From a bacterium (lineage in GTDB: Bacteria > Patescibacteriota > Minisyncoccia > Phycocordibacterales > VMGT01): 39,182 nt of DNA. The DNA lies in the NCBI GenBank assembly GCA_023264615.1, contig JAHFLU010000002.1, forward strand, positions 1 to 39,182, given 5' to 3'. A program made the translations under genes and the position numbers. Of the stretch, positions 33,431-39,182 are shown in pieces (position 1 is the stretch's first letter; every line of letters starts with the position of its first letter). The notes under the pieces were generated by a model. The model saw nothing but the letters and a program-made list of their open reading frames with translations, made no database searches and was not told the origin of the DNA.

Positions 33431-33814
33431 TTAAGCGAGTGCTTTTTTTATCTTCTCAACCATTTCCGTGACAGATACGTCAGATTTTACAAAGTAGTCT
33501 ATTGCCTGAAGTGCGCTGACCTTCTCCACATCAGCATGCTGGCTTAGATTTGAAGCAACAATAACTTTCATTTCTTTGAATTTGTCGTTTGAGCGCAATT
33601 CTTGAAGAACCTCGAAACCGTTCTTGTCGGACATCATAAGATCAAGAATAAGAAGATCAGGTTTTCTTCGCTCCATCTCTCCAAGCACGAGCTCGCCATT
33701 TTCCACAACAGTAACGTCAAATCCTTCGTTCTCAAGCTTTGTCTTATACACGTTTCCATATGCCGTATCGTCTTCAGCAATGAGAATATATTTTTTTTCA
33801 TTGTTTGTTGTCAT
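33431..33814 (-). CDS. Single-domain response regulator (CheY-like receiver)
   Basis: 127 aa. 'ILIAEDD', the phospho-acceptor context 'DLLILDLMMSDKNGFEV', and 'KVIVASN'. No output domain. Confidence 0.9.
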   Translation of the reverse strand: MTTNNEKKYILIAEDDTAYGNVYKTKLENEGFDVTVVENGELVLGEMERRKPDLLILDLMMSDKNGFEVLQELRSNDKFKEMKVIVASNLSQHADVEKVSALQAIDYFVKSDVSVTEMVEKIKKALA

Positions 33815-33846
33815 GCAATTTATTTTTTGTTAAAGGATATAAGCGA

Positions 33847-34917
33847 TTACGCAAGAGGAATAGTAACATAAAATGTCGTGCCCTGTTTTTCGATGCTTTC
33901 GAACCAAAGCTTCCCGCCCCACTTTTCAACATACGTTTTTGCTATAAAAAGTCCAAGGCCGCTGCTTTCTGTGTAGACGCGTACGGCATTCTTTGAACGG
34001 AAGAATTTTGAAAAAATCTTCATTTTATCCTTTTCGGGAATACCAATACCGGTATCTTGCACTGAAACCTGAACATAGGTATCAAGCTGATCGAGTGTGA
34101 TCGTTATCTTGCCGCCCGCTTTTGTGTATTTGACGGCATTTGATACAAGGTTTTCCATGACATCTCGAAAGTGGGCGGGATCAACTTTTACTTTCGGAAT
34201 ATTTTCCTTTTTTGGGGTAAAGGTAATCGATATTGATTTCATTTCAGTTTCCGAAACTACTTCCTGTATGATACTTCGTATCATCACGGCAAGGTCTGTC
34301 GGCTGCGGTTCGTCTTCGGTTTTTCCCTCTTCGATCCGAGAGACATTGAGCAAATCCGCAACCATCCAGATTGCCCTCCGGTTGCTTTTGTACGCTTCAT
34401 AAAAGTTTTTTTGAGCCTGTTCTGGAAGCAGGTGCATATATTCTCCAAGCATTTCAAGGTTCCAGCGCATACTGCCAAGCGGAGTTCGAAGCTGATGCGA
34501 GGCAATCGAAATAAATTCGCTTTTTTCTGTATCTATCTCTTTTTCTTGGGTTATATCTTGTAGAAAAATTGCTCCACCGATGAGGTTTTTCGTGTCGTCA
34601 AAAACCTGGAAACAAGACAACGAATAAAAGAGTTTTTTGAGTGGAATATCGTGCAAAACAACTACCGGAGAAACTGATGTAGAGAGTATCTTATCAAGCT
34701 CTGCTCCAAGATCGATACGTTCCTCGAAGAGCTTTGACAGTTCTGTGAGGTAAAATCCTTCCTTAGGCAAATGAGTGAGCTGCACCATTTTTTTATTAGC
34801 GAGAATGACCTTTTTTTCACGATCGACAAGGACAACGCCACCCGGGAGGTTTTCGATAAGCGCTTCCATGATAAGCATATTTTGACCGTTTCGTGTTGTT
34901 GGGTCCATGTATGTCAT
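33847..34917 (-). CDS. Cytoplasmic PAS-type sensor histidine kinase
   Basis: 356 aa with no TM. A PAS-like N-half, the H-box 'ISIASHQLRTPLGSM', 'NLVSNAVKYT' and 'DTGIGIP...SGLGLFIAKTYVE'. It lies 32 nt upstream of the receiver gene. Confidence 0.88.
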   Translation of the reverse strand: MTYMDPTTRNGQNMLIMEALIENLPGGVVLVDREKKVILANKKMVQLTHLPKEGFYLTELSKLFEERIDLGAELDKILSTSVSPVVVLHDIPLKKLFYSLSCFQVFDDTKNLIGGAIFLQDITQEKEIDTEKSEFISIASHQLRTPLGSMRWNLEMLGEYMHLLPEQAQKNFYEAYKSNRRAIWMVADLLNVSRIEEGKTEDEPQPTDLAVMIRSIIQEVVSETEMKSISITFTPKKENIPKVKVDPAHFRDVMENLVSNAVKYTKAGGKITITLDQLDTYVQVSVQDTGIGIPEKDKMKIFSKFFRSKNAVRVYTESSGLGLFIAKTYVEKWGGKLWFESIEKQGTTFYVTIPLA

Positions 34918-34934
34918 TATAGAGAATTTTTAGA

Positions 34935-34978
34935 CAATTTCAAAACGCACAAGCTGCAGCTTGTGCGTTTTGAAATTG
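34935..34978 (-). terminator. 44-nt perfect palindrome, a terminator after the major pilin-like gene
   Basis: CAATTTCAAAACGCACAAGCTG|CAGCTTGTGCGTTTTGAAATTG. The GC-containing core stem is followed by TTTTGAAATT in either orientation. It lies 14 nt after the stop at 34992. Confidence 0.65.
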
Positions 34979-34991
34979 CGTGTTGTTGAAT

Positions 34992-35444
34992 TTATCTTGT
35001 TACGGTGATTGTTTTGCCTTGTTCTTCAAATTGAGCATCAACGGTCACGCGTCCGTTAGCAGTTTTGCGTATCATGTAGCCGACACCGTTTACATTTGTT
35101 TTTTGGGGTTCAATCGGTATGGATGTCAAATACTTTTCTCCCCAAACTAATTCGTTGAGGGGAGCGAGGCTTCCCGTCGTACAGGTTGTTGTTGCGGTAT
35201 TAGCAATGCAGATTTCTGTCGTGGTGGTGGTAATACCGGACGGCAGTACGCCGTTGTTGTCGATTGCATACTGATAAACCGCATTGAGAATTGTGGTGAC
35301 GTCAGCTTGACGCTCGGTATTTCTTGTATCGCCGAGTTGCTTGTTGGGGTTAATGGCAACAATAACAATCGCTGCCAATATTCCTATTGCAGCAACGACG
35401 AGAAGTATTTCGAGAAGAGTGAAACCTTTATGAGAGCTTTGCAT
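34992..35444 (-). CDS. Type IV pilin / GspG-like major pseudopilin
   Basis: The start is taken at ATG 35444: 'MQSSHKGFTLLEILLVVAAIGILAAIVIVAI', a class III signal with prepilin-type N-methylation (G|FTLLE). Confidence 0.8.
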   Translation of the reverse strand: MQSSHKGFTLLEILLVVAAIGILAAIVIVAINPNKQLGDTRNTERQADVTTILNAVYQYAIDNNGVLPSGITTTTTEICIANTATTTCTTGSLAPLNELVWGEKYLTSIPIEPQKTNVNGVGYMIRKTANGRVTVDAQFEEQGKTITVTR

Positions 35445-35466
35445 AGTGTATGTATAGGGAGATTTT

Positions 35467-35883
35467 CTAAAAATCAGCGACCTCTTGCCACGATACAATT
35501 TGAATCGTGGGATTAATCTTACTAATAATGACCTTGACCTTTCGTACATTTGTTCCGACACTACCGGAAGCATTGACCACTCTATTTTCTGCTCCCTGGT
35601 TTGCGACAGTATATGAACAGCTGCCTTGTGGGAGAGTGAGGTTGCCGCTGCCGGTAAAGGATGTGGTAGTTCGTATTAGTTCCAGTGCTTCTTCGGTGCA
35701 AGCATTCACAAGGGCTCTTCCTTGATGTGACTGGTCTGCAGAAAAAGTTGTGCGCGACGATTCAATACCAAGAAGAATAAGCGAAAGTGTGATCGTTATC
35801 CCGATTGCTCCGATGATGAGTACACTGACGAGCGTTATATATCCTCCCTCCACCGTAGAATACCACATAGTTTGTTTTTTCAT
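35467..35883 (-). CDS. Minor pseudopilin-like protein (PilX/GspK-like N-terminus)
   Basis: 138 aa. One N-terminal hydrophobic helix, 'GGYITLVSVLIIGAIGITITLSLILL', without the canonical G|F(T/S)LxE. It sits within the pseudopilin operon. Confidence 0.5.
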   Translation of the reverse strand: MKKQTMWYSTVEGGYITLVSVLIIGAIGITITLSLILLGIESSRTTFSADQSHQGRALVNACTEEALELIRTTTSFTGSGNLTLPQGSCSYTVANQGAENRVVNASGSVGTNVRKVKVIISKINPTIQIVSWQEVADF

Positions 35884-35904
35884 ATGAGAGGTGTGGATAA
35901 AAGG

Positions 35905-36459
35905 CTACGGCTGACGAAGTGTTGCCGATCCGGTGAAAGTTTTGGTAAAGGAGTATTCTCTCCGCCCCGCGGTATTATTATACGTCAGTGTAAATTGAAT
36001 TCGAATAGTTCCGGGGGTGTTTATTCGCGAGGTATTTTGAAACGTGAGATTGGAAACAGAGAGACGCGAATTAACGAGTGCAATCGGTGTTGCAACACCT
36101 TCTATAACACGCATCGTGCTACCCTGAAGATCAAAAATCGTTGGATCATTTGCTAGACCGAGAGCATCAAGAGACAGTGTCCCCCCAGTTATTCCTTGTG
36201 TTGGTGCATATATGTTTTCGGAATTTCGGATTGTTTGCGTGATAGTGTGCATTATTTGTAAACCCTGCTGCTCTACTTCGGTAATAGTCTGATTTTTGAT
36301 ACGTGCTTCTATAAGCGATATAAGGAACATTGTGATAACAAGCATGGTAAGGGTTGAGAGGCCAAGGTAAAGCAGGAATTCGAAGAGTGTAAAGCCGGAT
36401 TGTGCTTTCGGGCAAGGAATCTTCGGTGTCGTTTGATGCTTTGGATGATGCATAATCAC
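35905..36459 (-). CDS. Minor pseudopilin (prepilin-type N-terminus)
   Basis: 184 aa. 'AQSGFTLFEFLLYLGLSTLTMLVI'. The start overlaps the upstream stop by 4 nt (ATGA), suggesting translational coupling. Confidence 0.7.
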   Translation of the reverse strand: MIMHHPKHQTTPKIPCPKAQSGFTLFEFLLYLGLSTLTMLVITMFLISLIEARIKNQTITEVEQQGLQIMHTITQTIRNSENIYAPTQGITGGTLSLDALGLANDPTIFDLQGSTMRVIEGVATPIALVNSRLSVSNLTFQNTSRINTPGTIRIQFTLTYNNTAGRREYSFTKTFTGSATLRQP

Positions 36460-37859
36460 TGTGGCGAGATAACAATAAATTCTTCGGCGTCAGACTGGCT
36501 TGCTGCAAAAGCACGGTCAAGGGTTTGACTATACGCGACACCCATAAGCGGGCTTATGCCGAGAACATTCCACTCCCCGAGAAGCGTTGGGGTTGAGGGT
36601 ATCGCAACATTCATGACTTTAAATTCGTTTGCTGGATCGCTTGTTCCGAGAAATGCATAGGTGTTTGTATTTCCCAGGTTGAGAGCAATATCATTGAGTG
36701 TGCCGGATACATCAATAGAACCGATTATTGCGGGCGCACTCGGTGTTGCTGCACTGATGGTAAAAAAGGTGCTCCCTTGTCCGAAAAAGAGTGTTGATCC
36801 GGCATAGGCAATGGTAAGAGCGTCTGTTGTGCCGGGAAGATTAAGCGAACCGACGAGTGTGGGTGAAGAAGGTGTTGCAATATTAAGCACCTGTAATTCC
36901 TGACTATTGTGGTTTGTCGCGATATAAGCGTTGGTACCGGAAACTACCACTTCATTTCCCGTCGTACCCAAATTGAGTGACCCGACAAGAATGGGAGAAT
37001 TGGGATTTGTTGCATCGATAATTAAGAATTCGTCGTCGGTACTGTCGCGTCGAAGAAGGTACGCGGTTGTTCCGACTGCGTACACTCCGTTGCCGTTTGC
37101 GCTACCCGGAGCATCATAGCTACCCACGAATGTTGGATTTGTTGGTATGGTAATGTCAATGATTTGAAGTTCTTGTGTGTCTCTCTTATTTGAAATGTAA
37201 GCGAAATTGCCCGAAATGGCGATATTGGTCGGTTGTCCAGAAAGTTCGAGTGACCCAACTATCGTTGGACTTGCAGGGTTTGCTACATCGATAACAAGAA
37301 AATTTGGACCCTCTTCTCTGCGTGTCATATACGCGTAATTGCCATGGATCTGTACTTTGTCGCCGTCGTCACCCTCGGGAATATTTATGCTTGCAGTTTG
37401 AATCGGACTTGCCCAATTTCCTGTGACATAGGCGATCCAGTTTGTGAGGCGTGTTAGGGCTGATACGTTGCCGCTACGCTGGGGATTTTGCTGCCAGGTC
37501 ACGTTTACTGAAACGGATTTTCGGTTGACCCCTGCAGGAGCGATCACTATTTGGCGCGTAAATATATCTGTACTATCAGGCGTACCAACGAGCGACCACT
37601 GGCCGCTTGCGAGAGATAAACCGTACGTACCGTCGATAAGGTTTGCATACAAGGCATCGCGAATGTTGCGCACAGCCTCAAGTCCTTCTTCAGCAAGCAT
37701 CGTAGCGCGGGCTCGGTTGAGAGCGAGGACGGTAGCTTCTTCTCCATAGAGATAGGCTCCGACAAGTGCCGTTGTAAGGAGTGCGAACAGGGTTCCCGCA
37801 AGGAGTACTTCAATGAGCGAAAAACCATTGGGTGTGTGCAAATTTCTTTTTTTACGCAT
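36456..37859 (-). CDS. Pseudopilin fused to an LVIVD-repeat beta-propeller-like domain
   Basis: 467 aa. A prepilin N-terminus 'PNGFSLIEVLLAGTLFALL', then at least six repeats of the LVIVD type: FLVIDVANPASPTIVGS, LQIIDITIPTNPTFVGS, FLIIDATNPNSPILVGS, LQVLNIATPSSPTLVGS, FFTISAATPSAPAIIGS, FKVMNVAIPSTPTLLGE. Confidence 0.8.
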   Translation of the reverse strand: MRKKRNLHTPNGFSLIEVLLAGTLFALLTTALVGAYLYGEEATVLALNRARATMLAEEGLEAVRNIRDALYANLIDGTYGLSLASGQWSLVGTPDSTDIFTRQIVIAPAGVNRKSVSVNVTWQQNPQRSGNVSALTRLTNWIAYVTGNWASPIQTASINIPEGDDGDKVQIHGNYAYMTRREEGPNFLVIDVANPASPTIVGSLELSGQPTNIAISGNFAYISNKRDTQELQIIDITIPTNPTFVGSYDAPGSANGNGVYAVGTTAYLLRRDSTDDEFLIIDATNPNSPILVGSLNLGTTGNEVVVSGTNAYIATNHNSQELQVLNIATPSSPTLVGSLNLPGTTDALTIAYAGSTLFFGQGSTFFTISAATPSAPAIIGSIDVSGTLNDIALNLGNTNTYAFLGTSDPANEFKVMNVAIPSTPTLLGEWNVLGISPLMGVAYSQTLDRAFAASQSDAEEFIVISPQ

Positions 37860-37864
37860 ATGCG

Positions 37865-38311
37865 TTAATAACTGACCATGCCTTTCCCGTTAATTGCAAC
37901 GGCTCTTGATTCTGCATCAGTGGATGTAAATGTTGTTGTGCCGATTTGTTGTGGAAATCCAGTGAATTTTGTAAACACTACGTCCCCGAGACCTGTGTGG
38001 GAAATGCTTATCGGAATGTCGGATATCTCGTCAAAGTCACTCTGGCGCGCGGCAAAACTTATTCCTTTAAAAAGTATTGTGGTCGTGGCAGTGAGATGCA
38101 CTCCCCATGAAATATCACCGTCAACGGCACGTGTAAGTGCTTGTGCGCGCCGGAGGGTATGTGCGTATGAAGACGAAACAAGGTCAAGATTGTTGCGTAG
38201 TTGAAATGTGTAGTAGAGCGGTATGGATATGCCTGCCATAATGCCAAGGAGAGCGATAACAAGGAGTATCTCGACGAGCGTAAAACCAGGTACTGTTTTT
38301 GTTGTGTACAT
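37865..38311 (-). CDS. Minor pseudopilin (GspH/FimT-like)
   Basis: The start is taken at ATG 38311: 'MYTTKTVPGFTLVEILLVIALLGIMAGI'. The longer track ORF (to 38398) would overlap gspF. Confidence 0.75.
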   Translation of the reverse strand: MYTTKTVPGFTLVEILLVIALLGIMAGISIPLYYTFQLRNNLDLVSSSYAHTLRRAQALTRAVDGDISWGVHLTATTTILFKGISFAARQSDFDEISDIPISISHTGLGDVVFTKFTGFPQQIGTTTFTSTDAESRAVAINGKGMVSY

Positions 38312-38318
38312 ACCTGGC

Positions 38319-39182
38319 TTAGCTGTTGAGTCCGCCGATGAGACTGTATATGGGAAGAATAACGGCAAGCGCCACACCAACAACGCCCATCCAAACAACG
38401 ACGAGCATAAGTGGCTCGAGAACAGTGCTCAGATTTTTTGTTGTTGTATCAGCTCGAATCTCAAATGCCCGTCCAATCTTGAGAAGTATTTTTGCAAGTG
38501 ATCCAGAACGTTCTCCTGCAAAAAGAAGCTGCTGTATTGGTATGGGGATAAGCCTGTTGCTGTGCGGATAGAGTGTAAAACTTTTTTGAAATGAATTGCC
38601 CTCCTCGATGTGTTTGTAGAGGTGTGCGTATAACTTTTGATATCTCGAAAATTCTGTGGCGGTGACAAGGGATTCAAGCGCACGCGTTGCAGGCAAACCT
38701 GCCTCAAGAAGTGTTCCAAGAAGGTAGCCGAACCGCGCGAGCTCGACTTCTTTAATGAGCTTCTTAACTCCCGGAAACGAGAACAACACGTGTTGGCCGA
38801 TAAAATTGGTTCGTGAGAAAATAAAAACGGTGTAAAAAATAAGCACACAAGCTACGAAAAAGAGTGGTACAACGTAGACCCCATAGTTTCCAAGGAAATT
38901 TCCAGCGCCAATAAGTACCTTTGTAATGAATGGAAGGTCAAGTCTAAGCTGGGAGAAAACCAGCGCGAGTTTTGGCAAAATAAACCACGCTATAGCAACA
39001 CCGATGACAAGGGTGAGCATAAGGACCAGGATCGGGTACATCATTGCTGACCGCAGCTTATCCCGAAACATACGATTTTTTTCTTGTTCTGCGGCGACCA
39101 CGGAAAGATTTTGAATCAGTTTTCCCGACTGCTCTCCAAGGCGAACGAGGGCGATAGTATGGTTTGGAAAAAGTTCTGATGC
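38319..39182 (-). CDS. Type II secretion / type IV pilus platform protein GspF/PilC (C-terminal part; 5' end outside the window)
   Basis: The frame stays open to the window edge: '...ASELFPNHTIALVRLGEQSGKLIQNLS' precedes the track ORF. Repeated GspF-domain features are 'FAGERSGSLAKIL', three TM helices and a C-terminal 'LPIYSLIGGL'. Confidence 0.85.
   Translation of the reverse strand, partial: ASELFPNHTIALVRLGEQSGKLIQNLSVVAAEQEKNRMFRDKLRSAMMYPILVLMLTLVIGVAIAWFILPKLALVFSQLRLDLPFITKVLIGAGNFLGNYGVYVVPLFFVACVLIFYTVFIFSRTNFIGQHVLFSFPGVKKLIKEVELARFGYLLGTLLEAGLPATRALESLVTATEFSRYQKLYAHLYKHIEEGNSFQKSFTLYPHSNRLIPIPIQQLLFAGERSGSLAKILLKIGRAFEIRADTTTKNLSTVLEPLMLVVVWMGVVGVALAVILPIYSLIGGLNS

Noticed and set aside
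1-39182. CRISPR arrays, IS elements or transposases, integrases, rRNA, complete tRNAs, and long direct or tandem repeats.
   Set aside because: None were found on visual inspection. Apart from the short elements listed above, the only repeats are the protein-level LVIVD repeats.

Overview
All calls below come from reading the sequence and the ORF track. No database search was run, so domain names are motif recognition from memory. The window looks like chromosome from a small-genome, uncultivated-type bacterium, possibly Patescibacteria/CPR-like. That placement is inferred from a truncated AlaRS, a short L13, a pseudopilin operon, a giant surface protein and ordinary TGA stops. Most genes are on the minus strand. 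Housekeeping content is a partial acyl-CoA dehydrogenase, a PlsC-type acyltransferase, and a Cache/HAMP histidine kinase. There is also an AT-rich PaaK-like ligase plus aldehyde-dehydrogenase pair, a nitroreductase-like protein and dnaJ. A long block follows: infA-rpmJ-rpsM-rpsK-rpsD-rpoA-rplQ-rplM-rpsI-grpE-dnaK, with rpmJ found by hand because it is absent from the ORF track. The remainder is alaS, a CheY-like regulator plus PAS histidine kinase, and a type IV pilus/T2SS-like operon (partial gspF/pilC plus five pseudopilins). One pseudopilin is fused to LVIVD repeats. dnaK and dnaJ are separated by 5.6 kb carrying a 1433-aa multidomain secreted protein and a small opposite-strand transcription unit. 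The most interesting region is 22143-27683. It sits directly upstream of infA, where secY-adk-map would normally be, and is bounded by intrinsic terminators. It encodes an atypical kinase-like protein, a vWA/MIDAS protein, a divergent adenylosuccinate-synthetase-family enzyme with altered substrate motifs, and a 341-aa orphan with an HhH-like N-terminus. A fifth orphan is transcribed divergently from back-to-back promoters. I do not recognise this gene combination as a described system. No CRISPR array, transposase, integrase, rRNA or complete tRNA was seen.
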